DNA from: Nannocystales bacterium
GTDB taxonomy: Bacteria; Myxococcota_A; Polyangia; Nannocystales; Nannocystaceae
Assembly: GCA_050633305.1 (NCBI GenBank)
Contig: JBOEGF010000032.1
Location: 96,001 to 160,000 of the forward strand
Length of the DNA stretch: 64,000 nt
Direction: 5' to 3'
Below the pieces are notes generated by a model. It did no database searches, had not been told where the DNA came from, and saw nothing but the letters and a program-made list of their open reading frames with translations. Shown one piece after another: positions 38,327 through 49,138 of this stretch (its first letter is position 1; every line of letters begins with the position of its first letter). Both the position numbers and the translations under genes were made by a program.

Positions 38327-40738
38327 ATGGTCGCGCGCTCGCCGTCCCGCCCCGCATCTGGAGAGTTGCCGCTGCTCCCGCTGCGATCGATGTCGCTGCT
38401 GCCAGGGCTGCCGCAACCGATCGAGCTCGGCCGTTCGACCTCTGTGGGCGCGATCGAAAAGGCGCGCAGCCTTCGAGAAGGCGACCCGTTTTCCAAGCTC
38501 GTGATCGTCGCCACCCAGCGCGACCCGCTGGTCGAGCGTCCCGAACTCGAGGATCTCTACCCGGTCGGTCTCCTCGCCGAGGTCACCCAAGCGCTCCACG
38601 GTGTCCCCGGGCGCATGACCGCGATCGTCCGCGGCTTGCATCGTGTTCGGTTGCTCGGTCTCAACCGCGGTCCGGACATCAGCACCATCCAATACCAGCT
38701 CGCACACGAGACGATGGGCGACCCGACGCTCGCCTACGCGCTCGCAGGTGCCCTCCAGGACCTCGTCCGCTTGCACGACGAGTCGCTGCCCGCGGCGGCG
38801 AAGAACCGCAACCGAGCACAAACCCTCGCGGTGCTCACGGCCGAGCGTAGCCCCGGTCCGATCTGCGACCTCGCCGCGACCCATGTCGACCTGGAAGCCG
38901 AGCAGTCGGTGGAAGTGCTCATGGAGCTGCAGATCACAGAACGTCTTCGCAAGATGCTCGAGCAGGTGAGCCAGCGAATCAACGTCCTCAACGTCAAGCG
39001 CGACCTCGACAAGCACGTCCGAGACCACCTCAGCCAGCACGAGCAGGAGGCCTTGCTCCGCCACAAGCTTCGGGCGATCCAGTCACAGCTCTCGAGCGAC
39101 AGTAACGACGAGGAGGCCTGGCTCGACGCGTTGGCTGACCGGCTGGAGAAGAAGGCCCTGACCGAACACGCGCAAGGCGAGGTTGCGCGGGAGCTCGATC
39201 GCCTTCGGCGCATGAACCCACAGAGCCAAGAGGCCAACATCGCCCGGACTTACGTCGAGTTGATGGCCGATCTGCCGTGGGGTGAAGAGGACGCAACCGA
39301 GGACAAGCTGGACCTCAAGGCCGCCCGAGAGCTACTCGAGCGCGAGCATTTCGGCCTCGACAAGGTCAAGAAACGCATCATCGAGTACCTCAGTGTTCGC
39401 AAACTCGCCCCGGGCAAGCGCGGGCCGCTTCTGTGTCTCGCGGGCCCACCGGGGGTGGGCAAGACCTCGCTCGCGCGCTCGATCGCAGAGTCGTTGGACC
39501 GCAGCTTCGTCCGGATGTCGCTGGGCGGCGTCCGTGACGATGCAGAGGTTCGTGGACACCGACGCACCTACGTGGGCGCCCTGCCCGGCCGCCTCATCCA
39601 GCTCATGCGGAAAGGTGGCACCACCAACCCGGTGTTCTTGCTCGACGAGATCGACAAGCTGGGCGGCGACGCCAACCGAGGTGACCCCGCATCGGCGTTC
39701 CTCGAAGCACTCGACCCCGAGCAGAACGACGAGTTCGAGGACCACTACCTCGGCACGCCGTACGACCTCTCGAAGGTGATCTTCATCTGCACCGCGAACG
39801 ACGTCTCGAAGATCCCCCTCGTACTGCGGGACCGGCTCGAGTTCATCGACCTCACCGGCTACACGCTCCACGAGAAGGTCTCGATCGCGCGCGAGTATCT
39901 GGTGCCCCGTGCCCTCGCCGAGCACGGTATGAGCCCGGCGGCCGTGGAGTTCGAAGAGGCTGCGTTCGACCTGCTCGCCACCCGCTACACCCGCGAGTCC
40001 GGGGTTCGAAACCTCCAAAGGCAGATCGAGGCCATGCTACGCGACGTGGCCATGGGCCTGGTCGAGGCCGAGGACAAGGAAGGCGCCGCCCCGGTGCGAA
40101 TCACCGCCGAAGAGGTCGAGCGTGTGTTGGGGCCACCGCGGTACACCGAAGACCACCTCGAACGCGGCCCCGCCGTCGGCGTCGTGACGGGACTCGGCTG
40201 GACCTCCACGGGCGGACGACTGCTCGTCGTCGAAGCGGCGACCACCCCCGGTGAAGGGCGGCTGCGCCTCACCGGACGCTTGGGCGAGGTGATGAAGGAG
40301 TCCGGCCAAGCCGCGGTCAGTCTGATCCGAAGTCGTGCACGCACGTTTGGCATCGACCCCGCCGGGATCCGAAAGCTGGACCTGCATGTGCACTTCCCCG
40401 CCGGCGCTGTGCCCAAAGATGGCCCCAGCGCGGGCGTCACGGTCACCACCGCCCTCGTCTCCAGACTCACAGGGCGGCGGGTTCGGCACGACGTCGCGAT
40501 GACCGGCGAGATCACCCTGCATGGGCGCGTGCTCGCGATCGGTGGTGTGCGGGAGAAGGTCCTGGCGGCTCACCGCGCCGGGGCGAAGACCGTGATCCTC
40601 CCCGCGCAGAACCGCAAGGATGAGCCCGAGATCCCCGACGCGGTCCTCGGAGACATCGAGCTTCGCTACGTCGAGCGGATCGACGAGGTTCTCGAGATTG
40701 CGCTGCTTGAGGCGGACCCCGTCGTGGCCGCGAGCTAG
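38327..40738 (+). CDS. lon: ATP-dependent Lon protease
   Basis: LPLLPLR N-domain, GPPGVGKTS, RGHRRTYVGALPGR, LLDEIDK, PKDGPSAG and IGGVREK. Confidence 0.96.
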   Translation: MVARSPSRPASGELPLLPLRSMSLLPGLPQPIELGRSTSVGAIEKARSLREGDPFSKLVIVATQRDPLVERPELEDLYPVGLLAEVTQALHGVPGRMTAIVRGLHRVRLLGLNRGPDISTIQYQLAHETMGDPTLAYALAGALQDLVRLHDESLPAAAKNRNRAQTLAVLTAERSPGPICDLAATHVDLEAEQSVEVLMELQITERLRKMLEQVSQRINVLNVKRDLDKHVRDHLSQHEQEALLRHKLRAIQSQLSSDSNDEEAWLDALADRLEKKALTEHAQGEVARELDRLRRMNPQSQEANIARTYVELMADLPWGEEDATEDKLDLKAARELLEREHFGLDKVKKRIIEYLSVRKLAPGKRGPLLCLAGPPGVGKTSLARSIAESLDRSFVRMSLGGVRDDAEVRGHRRTYVGALPGRLIQLMRKGGTTNPVFLLDEIDKLGGDANRGDPASAFLEALDPEQNDEFEDHYLGTPYDLSKVIFICTANDVSKIPLVLRDRLEFIDLTGYTLHEKVSIAREYLVPRALAEHGMSPAAVEFEEAAFDLLATRYTRESGVRNLQRQIEAMLRDVAMGLVEAEDKEGAAPVRITAEEVERVLGPPRYTEDHLERGPAVGVVTGLGWTSTGGRLLVVEAATTPGEGRLRLTGRLGEVMKESGQAAVSLIRSRARTFGIDPAGIRKLDLHVHFPAGAVPKDGPSAGVTVTTALVSRLTGRRVRHDVAMTGEITLHGRVLAIGGVREKVLAAHRAGAKTVILPAQNRKDEPEIPDAVLGDIELRYVERIDEVLEIALLEADPVVAAS

Positions 40739-40788
40739 CCCCTCGGCCGGGACATCCGGCCCCACCAGGCGATGCCTGGTACCGCCGC

Positions 40789-41424
40789 TTACATAGGCTT
40801 ACGCGCGACGAGGAAGTCCGTTTGCCGCGCAGCGCCAACATCAGGGGTTCGCAGGTCGGTGAATCCTACGTCCTTCACCTCTTGGTGGAGCGCCGCCTTG
40901 GACAACCGACTCGCCACCCACGGTGCTTTCCCGACCAGCCGCATCGCGAGGAGCAATGGTGAGTACGGAACCCACGACTCGCCCAAGCACACCGTAGAAG
41001 CGACAAAGTAGCCCCCCGGGCGCAACAGATCGAAAGCCCGCTGCAGGGCGGCGGTTCGGTCCGGGACGAGATGCAGCAGGCTGTACGCGAAAAGCCCATC
41101 GAGTTCACCGGGACCGAACGCCTCGAACGTCTCGTCGAAGGGCCCGATGTGGAAATGCACGTTCTCGGACGTCTCGGCTTTGGCCCGCGCAATACGGATC
41201 ATCTCGTCGGAGAGATCGAGCCCGTGTACCTGTGCGCCGGTCGCTGCCAGACGAAGGCAGAACGATCCAGTGCCGCAGCCGATGTCGAGAACCGTGTGCC
41301 CGCGCTCGATCAAACCAAGCGTAACCTCGGTCTTTCGGTCGAAGGCCTCGGGGTTGTCGACCGGCTTGGCGGCATAGGTTTCGGCGAGGTCGTTCCAGAA
41401 TCTTGCGTCTGCAGTGGCGGTCAT
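40789..41424 (-). CDS. Class I SAM-dependent methyltransferase
   Basis: VLDIGCGTG, GLDLSDEMI, LLHLVPD and LLRPGG. Confidence 0.9.
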   Translation of the reverse strand: MTATADARFWNDLAETYAAKPVDNPEAFDRKTEVTLGLIERGHTVLDIGCGTGSFCLRLAATGAQVHGLDLSDEMIRIARAKAETSENVHFHIGPFDETFEAFGPGELDGLFAYSLLHLVPDRTAALQRAFDLLRPGGYFVASTVCLGESWVPYSPLLLAMRLVGKAPWVASRLSKAALHQEVKDVGFTDLRTPDVGAARQTDFLVARKPM

Positions 41425-41435
41425 GGCGAACAGCC

Positions 41436-42380
41436 TCAAGGTAAGGGGCCGTCGCCTCCGGCGCCCGGTGCGAGTTCAGGACCGTGCGTTGCATCCGCGG
41501 GACACGTTCCCTGAAACCGCCCTACGTGTGACGTGATGGCCGTCTCGACGCAGCTTCGGGTCGCCCGCACGCGGGCGTTGAGACGTAGGTCAGGGTGGTA
41601 GAGCAGCCAAAGATCAGCAACATGCCGCAGGTCCGGCTTGGCCAGTCGACACAAGCGAGGGTCGGTATCGCCCACGTACGTCGGCAGCATGATGAGGCCC
41701 AGCCCGGCATAGGCGGCTTGTGCGATTGCCTCGATGGATCCGAACGCCCCCCACACCGGCAGCGTCGCGTAGCTGGATCCGTCCACCATCATCTGGCTGC
41801 TCTTGCGGTCGTCGAAGGCGATCCAGCGCGTGCCAGCGTTGGCCGGGTCGAGACGTTCGGCGTGTTCGAGCGCGACGTAGCTGCAGACGGTGATCGGCGC
41901 GAGGACTCGGCCGATCAGCGTCTCAGGGGGAGACGCCCCACGAGCCAGAATCCGAAGCGCGATGTCGGCCTCACGCTTGGAGAGGTCGAACGACCGCGAG
42001 TCCGTGAAGAAGGCGACCTCGAGACCAGAATGCTCCTCGCACAGCTCCGCGACCGCAGGAATGACGATGCTCGACACGAAGGCATCGCAGCATGTGAGCG
42101 ACACGGTCCCGTCCATTCGGGCATCTCCGCCGGCCAGTCCTCGCTCGATCTGGTCCAGCTCCTGTTCGACCCGCTCAGCGCCTGGGAGCATCTCCCGACC
42201 CGCTTCGGTCAGTAGGTACCCATCGCGATTTCGATCGAAGAGGCGGGTGGACAGACGGGATTCGAGCCCTTCGACGCGCCTGGCGACCGTGGAATGGCTG
42301 ACGCCCAACCTGGCCCCGGCGGCGCGTACAGAACCTGTGCGGGCCAAAGCCAAGAAGTGCCGGACGTCGTCCCAGTCCAC
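41436..42380 (-). CDS. LysR family transcriptional regulator
   Basis: DWDDVRHFLALARTGSVRAAG...STVARRVEGLE...LFDR...LTEAG and DLSKREADIALR. Confidence 0.93.
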   Translation of the reverse strand: MDWDDVRHFLALARTGSVRAAGARLGVSHSTVARRVEGLESRLSTRLFDRNRDGYLLTEAGREMLPGAERVEQELDQIERGLAGGDARMDGTVSLTCCDAFVSSIVIPAVAELCEEHSGLEVAFFTDSRSFDLSKREADIALRILARGASPPETLIGRVLAPITVCSYVALEHAERLDPANAGTRWIAFDDRKSSQMMVDGSSYATLPVWGAFGSIEAIAQAAYAGLGLIMLPTYVGDTDPRLCRLAKPDLRHVADLWLLYHPDLRLNARVRATRSCVETAITSHVGRFQGTCPADATHGPELAPGAGGDGPLP

Positions 42381-42509
42381 CTGCTCGTTGTAGCACCCTG
42401 CTGCCGACCCCGTACCGATCGCGCAGACCGGAAACCGGAACCCCCTGCCACCGTGACCTTGCTCGAGGCTCAGCGCCTCCCTCGGGCCCCGGAGAGCCGC
42501 CCTCCCCAA

Positions 42510-43673
42510 CTAACGGACGTAGTACTCGATCGCATTTGCGCCCCGAAAGGCACTGCCGTTGATGGTCGGCTCCGCCGCAGCGGAGCAGACGTCGGGCTCG
42601 AGGTTTCCGAAGCCATCCGCGGTCGCGTTCACGTACGAGACCATCGGGTGCGGCTCGTTCCAGTAGCCGCCCTGGTACCGCGGGCAGGTCGAGCAACACG
42701 AGCCGAAGAACCAGGGGATGGAGTCTCCGTCGTTCACGCACGTGGTCGAGGGACCCACGTCGGTCGCGGAGAAGTCCGTCGCGCTGACGATCGAAACCTC
42801 GCTGACCATGCCCGTGATCGTGGTTCCTGCGTCGGTCACATCGAGAACACCGTTGCTGCCGAAGTAGAATAACGGCATACACGACGTGCCGTCATCCGAC
42901 CGGCGAAGCTCGACACGCAGCAGGTGATCGTAGAGGTCCTGCAGGTCGTCCCAGAGGTCCCCTCGCATCCGGTACGCGCCCGCGCCTGGTTCTCCGATAC
43001 TCAGCGTTCGCCACTGTAAGTATGTGGTCTGCAACGCGTCGGTCAGCGCGGGATCCCAGACGGTCCGCTGGACCAGCGTCCAGCCACCACCGGATGTGCT
43101 CTGGTCGCAGTACACCTGAAGCGGAGACTCGGGCCCGTCCTCCGTGTCGATGTCGATCGTGTAGACGCCGTCCCGCAGCCCGTTACCGCTGGTGAGCAGG
43201 TCTGCGCAGGAGCTACACAGGGCGGGGAGGACGTCGTCGCAGTCGAGATCCACGGTGCCGCCGCACCGCTCGGGCGCGCCGGGGTAGGCATCGGGATCGT
43301 CGTCATCGCAATCCCCCGGTTGATCCGTGTAACCGTCTCGGTTCGTGCACGTGAGCATTGGCTCCGAGTCATCACCAAACCCATCCTCGTCCTCGTCGCG
43401 AAACAACATCATCGGGGCCTCGCACGATGGTTCCCCGGTCGTCTCCAACACCGGCGCCGTCGTTGAAGAACCGGGCGCCGTGGAGGACCCAGGGGTGGTG
43501 AACCCGGCGCTCGTCGACGACTCGACCGGGCCCGACGTCGAGTTCCCAGAGGCTGGCTCGGGCCCGGTCGATGCCCCCCCCAAACCCGCCGTGTCCGTGT
43601 CCGAGGATTGAATCTCGCCTTGACCGCATGCGCTCACGGCGAGCGCTACGCCAAAACACAGTCCCCACCGCAT
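42510..43673 (-). CDS. Lipoprotein with a MopE-like metal-binding repeat and a fibrinogen-like (YCDxxxxGGGW) domain
   Basis: Lipobox VSAC, DEDEDGFGD...DCDDDDPDAYPGAPERC and VYCDQSTSGGGWTLV. Confidence 0.85.
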   Translation of the reverse strand: MRWGLCFGVALAVSACGQGEIQSSDTDTAGLGGASTGPEPASGNSTSGPVESSTSAGFTTPGSSTAPGSSTTAPVLETTGEPSCEAPMMLFRDEDEDGFGDDSEPMLTCTNRDGYTDQPGDCDDDDPDAYPGAPERCGGTVDLDCDDVLPALCSSCADLLTSGNGLRDGVYTIDIDTEDGPESPLQVYCDQSTSGGGWTLVQRTVWDPALTDALQTTYLQWRTLSIGEPGAGAYRMRGDLWDDLQDLYDHLLRVELRRSDDGTSCMPLFYFGSNGVLDVTDAGTTITGMVSEVSIVSATDFSATDVGPSTTCVNDGDSIPWFFGSCCSTCPRYQGGYWNEPHPMVSYVNATADGFGNLEPDVCSAAAEPTINGSAFRGANAIEYYVR

Positions 43674-44182
43674 GGTTCAGGATACCTGGCGCGGGGCCCC
43701 CGAGGATAGCGACCAGCCGGTCTCGCCGGAGCACCCAGCACAGCCTGCACACCGACGCCGCCCACCGTTGTCCGAGTCCGGAGGTTGCCCAAGGATACGG
43801 GCCAACCGGAGAGCAGTGCGGATGAGACTGGCCACAGGGGTCCGTTCTTCGGCGTCGCCGCTCGACATGTCGACTCCACCCCGGAGCTTCCGCAACGAAG
43901 GCCGCTCCCCACCCACGAGAAGTCCATACACATCGCGCTCCGCGACCCGAGGCAGCCCATGCCTCTGTCCGGCGCCATCGAATCCCGTGTTTCGTCATCA
44001 TGGGCGCGATGGCCGAAGAACGCCGAGCCGGACAGACGACGTGGCGCGACGGCCAGCGACCCGCTTGGGGTGAGCTCCCGGCTCCGTGGGTCGGGCTTCC
44101 GTGCGCCGCGAAGGGCAGCGGTGCTAGGGGTTGAGGGGTGTTGTTTTGCGTCGTCGGATGGCTGGTAGCTGCGCGGGCTCCG

Positions 44183-45379
44183 ATGCGCGCCACCTCATTG
44201 GGATGTGCCGCGTTCCTGTACGGCTGTGCGTCGCGACCGGTCACCGAGCCGGCCAGGACTGCCTCCCCCCACGTTTTGCCGACAACCGTTCAAACCTCGG
44301 AGGAGCGTTCGTTCGACGAGTTCCTCGAACAGGTCGAGCACCTCCCGGCTCCACCACCCTCCCCTCCCTACACCGGAGCAGAGGCTCTCGCAGTGGACGC
44401 CCGGGGCATCCCGGCATTCGCCCGCCTCGACTTCGATCCCAGCCGCCTTCCGCTGCGCGCCCGGGTCGCCGCCCCGACACATGTCTACACGCCGCACGGA
44501 CTCGACGTCTTCGCCCGACCCCACCGGCCGTCGCCACTCTCCCGGACATACGCGGTGCTCAATCCCGACACCGATGTCCCCGCCCGGCGTCCGCGCCTCC
44601 TGTGCGAACACGAGGGACCCTATCGAGTCGGGATGGCGTTCGACGAAGCCGGCCTCGAGACGGTCGTTGCGTCCCCCGCGCTCCTTCGACCCTCCCCATC
44701 CGCCCAAGACGACGCGGAGATGACCCCGGGCGTCACGTTGGTGCCGGGCCTGAGCATCAGGGTTCTGAGCTCCGAGGGCGGCATGGCTCGGGTCGAAGTC
44801 CAGGGCGACTCCTACGTCGCGGAGGGACAGGTGGCCCAGGACCGACTCGACATCACCTTCGAGTACGCGAACGGCCCGACCATCGAGCAGGAGGTGAACG
44901 CAACGCTCCTTCGCAGCATCGACTTTCGCACCTCGCCAGGGGGAACCGTGTTCGCGAGTTCGTCACCCGAGCCGCGGAACGTGGCTCGAGCGGTGGGGCC
45001 CGTGCGTGACGGCTACGTGTTCGTTCGGCACGAGGTCGACGCTTCTGTGACCGTCGCGGGTTGGGTGGACGCCAAAGCGGTCGCCCCCGGCCTGCCGGTG
45101 GTCGTGGCCGGAGTTCGATCCCCTGGCGTGTGCGGTGGAGTCGCGGGCGGGCGACCCCTCCCCGAGCCACGCCGCGTCCTGCTCGATCGCGGAACGTTGC
45201 TGCGATCCGTCCGGAGTCACGAAGTCGTCGGCGTCGTGACCTCCAAGCACAACGCCGAGTGCGTGAGACGCTGCAACAGCGCAACCCCAAGGGTCACACT
45301 GACAGCGTGCGGCGTTGAGTTGACTCTGGAGGCGCTGTCCCCGCACGGGGCCGCCGGCGGCGTCCCGCCATCACGCTGA
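44183..45379 (+). CDS. Hypothetical lipoprotein
   Basis: Short signal peptide ending LYGC and a beta-rich body. No family recognised. Confidence 0.55.
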   Translation: MRATSLGCAAFLYGCASRPVTEPARTASPHVLPTTVQTSEERSFDEFLEQVEHLPAPPPSPPYTGAEALAVDARGIPAFARLDFDPSRLPLRARVAAPTHVYTPHGLDVFARPHRPSPLSRTYAVLNPDTDVPARRPRLLCEHEGPYRVGMAFDEAGLETVVASPALLRPSPSAQDDAEMTPGVTLVPGLSIRVLSSEGGMARVEVQGDSYVAEGQVAQDRLDITFEYANGPTIEQEVNATLLRSIDFRTSPGGTVFASSSPEPRNVARAVGPVRDGYVFVRHEVDASVTVAGWVDAKAVAPGLPVVVAGVRSPGVCGGVAGGRPLPEPRRVLLDRGTLLRSVRSHEVVGVVTSKHNAECVRRCNSATPRVTLTACGVELTLEALSPHGAAGGVPPSR

Positions 45380-45477
45380 ACCGGCGTGGGACAAACCCAG
45401 AGCGCGGTCCGACGCGGAAACCCGCGGGTCCGCACAGGTCCTCCGCGGGGGCTTTAGCTCCGGGGCCGGATTTGGCC

Positions 45478-47724
45478 TCAACGACGGCGCCGGCGAAGCG
45501 CGCCCGCGACGAAGAAGAACAGGAGCGCCGCACCGGGGGACCCCTCGCCAGAGGTGCAACCACAGCCCGACTCACCGTCGGAGGCCATGTCCGACTCTCC
45601 TCCACCGATGTCGTCGAACGAGCCGTCCTCGGCCGTGATGCCAGGGACAACCGGAGAGAAGCACTCGGGCCCGCGATGGGCCAACCCCGGCGGGAAGGAG
45701 AATGAGTAGCTCCCCAGATGCCCTTCCTCAGGGGCGAGGACCTCATCGAAACCGCGAATGACACACTGCGCCGGGTTCGGGTCGTCGACCCAGTCAATCC
45801 CGTCGCCGTCGTGGCACTCGACATGCGGCTCCATCTCGGGCGTCACGATTTCGACCTTCTCGCAGGCCTCGTAGTTGCCCTGGAGCACTTCGATGGCCGA
45901 AGTTCCGCAGGGATAGAACACCTCTGCAAGATCGTCGCACGTCGAGAGCTGGGTGTAGCCGACCTGGAAGCTCGCATCGAAGCTGACCGGGCCTCCACCG
46001 AAGAAGCTGGTGGGAGCCGTGGAGAAGACAACTTCTTGGTTCGCCAACGCGCCCGCGATGGAGTTGAACGTGTTCATGTACAACACGCTCGTATCGAACT
46101 TCGCCAGAGCCGCGTCTGCGTCGTCGAGTTCGAGGCCGAGCGCGTCGAGCCGGGCTTGGTCGATCTGAGCGACCGCGATGTCCTTGAGTTCTTGGGCCTT
46201 CCGGTTGAGGCCGGTGTCGACCTGGGGCGCCAGGGCGATCAGCTGGTCCTTGAGTTCCTCCGTGAACGCGGACATCCGCGCGACGATCTGCGCCTTGAAC
46301 TCGTCGGTGATGAGCCGAACGGTGCCTTCGAGGAAGTCGCGAAGAGGGCCCACGGAGTCGATGACGTCAGCGGCCCACTCCGGAAAGAGGACCTCGTACG
46401 GGAAGTCCGTCACCGAGTCGATCGCCGTCTCGAGCGGTTCGAAGGCACGTTCGATGTCCTGCGCGGTGAGTTCTTCGGGTCCCTTGGTGACCAACAGGTT
46501 ACTCAGCGCTTCGGTGGTCTGAAGATAGCTGTCGACCACGGTGTCGAGTTCGGCCTTCTTGAGGTCCACCGCCTGCTGGAACCGGCTGGCATTGCCGCCT
46601 TCCTCGGCAAACAGATGCTCGTAGAGCGCCTTGCGCGTTCGGAGCAGCGGGCAGCTGATCGAGCACTCTCCCTCATCTCGCCACTGGGTCAGCGTTTCAT
46701 CGAGCTTTGCTTCACCGTTCACCTGCGCGATGTCGAGCAACCGCTTGACGTCCTCAATCATCTCGGGAAGCAACAGGATGTAGTCGTGCGTTGCGAGGCC
46801 CGCTCCGGGGTTGAGCACCTGGACGTTTCCCCCGGTAGATAGGAACTCGATGTACGCGTCCATCACGCGACCATCGAGCTCGATCGTCCGCCCCGACTCG
46901 CGGATCTCCTCAATGGAGAGTTCCAAGTCGCCACTGGGGTCGAAGCCCTCCAGCTGTGCGGCTCGTAGCGCATCGTTCTTGCGCTCGACGAGTTGGCCGG
47001 TCAAGTAGTGAAACAGACCCCGCCCTTCGGTCGAAGGGTCGAAGTAGACCCGTCGGACGAGGTCCCGCGGGATCGCATGTCGCAGGCGATCGTCGGTGAA
47101 TTCCTCTGGACGGGCGGCCCGAAATGCCTTGTCGATCTTCGACTCCACCGTCATGTGTCGCACGACGTTGAGCAGGCTGAACTCGTGCTGTCCATCCGCA
47201 ACCGCGTCCTTGGGATACATCGTGAACGTCTCCCCCGTGAAGTAGTTGACGACGTGATGGACGTTGTTGTCCATGATGCCGTGGACGAAACAGCCAAGCG
47301 CGTAGGCCCGCTCCGGTCCGTCCGCCGCCTCGTCGAGCAGTGCTTGGCATTGCGAGAATGGGAAGAAGTGCCCTCCGTGCGATGGCTCGGTCAGTCCGAC
47401 GCCCGGCGTATTGTCCGGGCCTACGATGCCTCCCCGGAATTCCAAGGGGTTGTCCATGATCGCCCGGGCGTTCTCATCGGTGAGCACGACGAACCGGGTC
47501 TCCGTGGAGGGACCGAGCAGGCGAATGGCGGGCTGACCACACCACTCTTGCTCCTCTGGGTCACACCCCTCCGCCCTCCAGTTCCGCATCATCTCGTCAG
47601 CGATCAGGTTGCCGACGGCGATGTGACTCGTGGGCTTATAGGCGGTCGCGGACTCCGGAATGAGCGCGATGGCGGCCGCAGCCATGACCGGTGCAATGAC
47701 AAGCTTCTTGGATCCCCATCCCAT
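45478..47724 (-). CDS. Zinc-dependent phospholipase C-like protein with a MYXO-CTERM sorting signal
   Basis: Signal peptide then YKPTSH, GPD, HGIMDNNVH and HMTVE. C-terminus GCGC...LLFFFVAGALRRRRR. Confidence 0.8.
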   Translation of the reverse strand: MGWGSKKLVIAPVMAAAAIALIPESATAYKPTSHIAVGNLIADEMMRNWRAEGCDPEEQEWCGQPAIRLLGPSTETRFVVLTDENARAIMDNPLEFRGGIVGPDNTPGVGLTEPSHGGHFFPFSQCQALLDEAADGPERAYALGCFVHGIMDNNVHHVVNYFTGETFTMYPKDAVADGQHEFSLLNVVRHMTVESKIDKAFRAARPEEFTDDRLRHAIPRDLVRRVYFDPSTEGRGLFHYLTGQLVERKNDALRAAQLEGFDPSGDLELSIEEIRESGRTIELDGRVMDAYIEFLSTGGNVQVLNPGAGLATHDYILLLPEMIEDVKRLLDIAQVNGEAKLDETLTQWRDEGECSISCPLLRTRKALYEHLFAEEGGNASRFQQAVDLKKAELDTVVDSYLQTTEALSNLLVTKGPEELTAQDIERAFEPLETAIDSVTDFPYEVLFPEWAADVIDSVGPLRDFLEGTVRLITDEFKAQIVARMSAFTEELKDQLIALAPQVDTGLNRKAQELKDIAVAQIDQARLDALGLELDDADAALAKFDTSVLYMNTFNSIAGALANQEVVFSTAPTSFFGGGPVSFDASFQVGYTQLSTCDDLAEVFYPCGTSAIEVLQGNYEACEKVEIVTPEMEPHVECHDGDGIDWVDDPNPAQCVIRGFDEVLAPEEGHLGSYSFSFPPGLAHRGPECFSPVVPGITAEDGSFDDIGGGESDMASDGESGCGCTSGEGSPGAALLFFFVAGALRRRRR

Positions 47725-47853
47725 GCCCCCTTGTAACCCAATGCCCTACACTCGCAACAGCATCGCGTAACAACCTGCAATCGTTACGCTTTGCATCCAC
47801 ACGTCGCGCGGTGGAACTCGCGACCGCGCTTTCGGCGGACTCCTGACCCCCGC

Positions 47854-49083
47854 TTAGCCCTCCGGGGGCACGAAGTCTTCGCAGGTCGTGTCGATGATGT
47901 CGACGGCCGACTGGAAGAACTCGTTGTAGCTGCCCGCACATACGCTGCCGGAGATCCCACGCGTCCCCCACGACTCGACGAAGTTGCGCAGGTTGACGCT
48001 GGGCTCCGCACCGCCGTTGGAGTCGGGGTCCAAGGGAGGACAGATCGCGCCTGGCTGGTCGTTGTCGCCGTACAGTCCCAAGACGACGACCGCAGATTCG
48101 TCGCCTCCCTTGGCGGTGACCAGCGCCTGTCGCCACTGGTCGACGTTCCCGGAGGAGTCACCGCTGTCATCCTCGTCGGTGACGAACGTGACGACGAGGA
48201 TCGCGTCGTCGCGAACGAACCCCGCGTTGCATGCCGCGGCGGTCGTACCGGCGGTGACCGCTTGAACCATCGACTCCATCGGCCGCTCGGTCCCCTGTGT
48301 CGAGCCTACGCCCACGTTCGCCGCGCAGGCGAACGTCGCTGGGAGATCCGGCTCGGCGCTGTCCATGTAGCGCAGCCCGTTGGCGAAGTTGCAGTCCTGG
48401 TTCGACGCTCGTGTGCCGCGCGGATGCACAACCCCAGCACCAAGCACAGCCTCACAGACCAGCGGTGTCGTGCCGCCGTTGCAGTCGTATCCTTCGCAGG
48501 TCTCGTTGACGAGGAGGCAGCCGATTCCGCACGGAATGCTGGCAAACGGATTGCAGGTCCCATCCGCCTCGTAGCATTCCGCAGGCGCCGCGGCACACAG
48601 ACCGCCACAGCCCGCGTAGACCCACTCGTCGGTGTCGACGACCATCAAGTGGTAGTCCTGCGCTTCATCGAGCGTGTTCTGAATCGTGTCGATGAACCCG
48701 GGGAAACTGGCGATCAGGTTGTCCTGCTCGTCTCCCATCGACCCGGAGTTGTCGATGACGAACAAGAAGTCGACCTTCTTGCAGCCGATGTCTCCGTCGG
48801 GGTCGGCGGTGGTGACTCCGGTGGTCTCGACGGGCCCGACGTCGAGCTTGATGTCGTCGTCCTCGCCGGTCGAGTCGTCGGCGCCGCCAGATCCTGGCCC
48901 CGAGGTCGAATCAGGGGTCGAGGTACTGGCCGAGGACGGGGTCCCCGTGGCGGCGTCATTCCCAGTCGGCTGCTGCGCGGCCTCCTCTTCACGCGGCGGT
49001 TCACTGCACCCGGCGACCACGAGTCCCGCGCCGAGCACGAGAACTCGGGGAACACCGCCCCATGATCCAACTCTCCAATCCAT
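47854..49083 (-). CDS. Myxobacterial Cys-rich vWA-like lipoprotein
   Basis: Lipobox VAGC, KVDFLFVIDNSGSMGDEQ (MIDAS-like) and FVRDDAILVVTFVTDEDD. Confidence 0.8.
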   Translation of the reverse strand: MDWRVGSWGGVPRVLVLGAGLVVAGCSEPPREEEAAQQPTGNDAATGTPSSASTSTPDSTSGPGSGGADDSTGEDDDIKLDVGPVETTGVTTADPDGDIGCKKVDFLFVIDNSGSMGDEQDNLIASFPGFIDTIQNTLDEAQDYHLMVVDTDEWVYAGCGGLCAAAPAECYEADGTCNPFASIPCGIGCLLVNETCEGYDCNGGTTPLVCEAVLGAGVVHPRGTRASNQDCNFANGLRYMDSAEPDLPATFACAANVGVGSTQGTERPMESMVQAVTAGTTAAACNAGFVRDDAILVVTFVTDEDDSGDSSGNVDQWRQALVTAKGGDESAVVVLGLYGDNDQPGAICPPLDPDSNGGAEPSVNLRNFVESWGTRGISGSVCAGSYNEFFQSAVDIIDTTCEDFVPPEG

Positions 49084-49138
49084 CGGGCTACGCTACCACT
49101 GACCGCGTCCGACCGGCGGACGCGGCCGTAGCGCCCGC

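Noticed and set aside
36273..43874. Palindromic 12-mer CGACATGTCGAC in two large intergenic regions (36273-36284 and 43863-43874)
   Set aside because: It is built from CGAC/GTCGAC words that are very frequent in this sequence, so two copies are not enough to call a binding site.
43674..44182. 500-bp intergenic gap as a hidden gene or ncRNA
   Set aside because: The ORFs here lack coding-like composition and I recognised no RNA motif. It is best read as a divergent promoter region.
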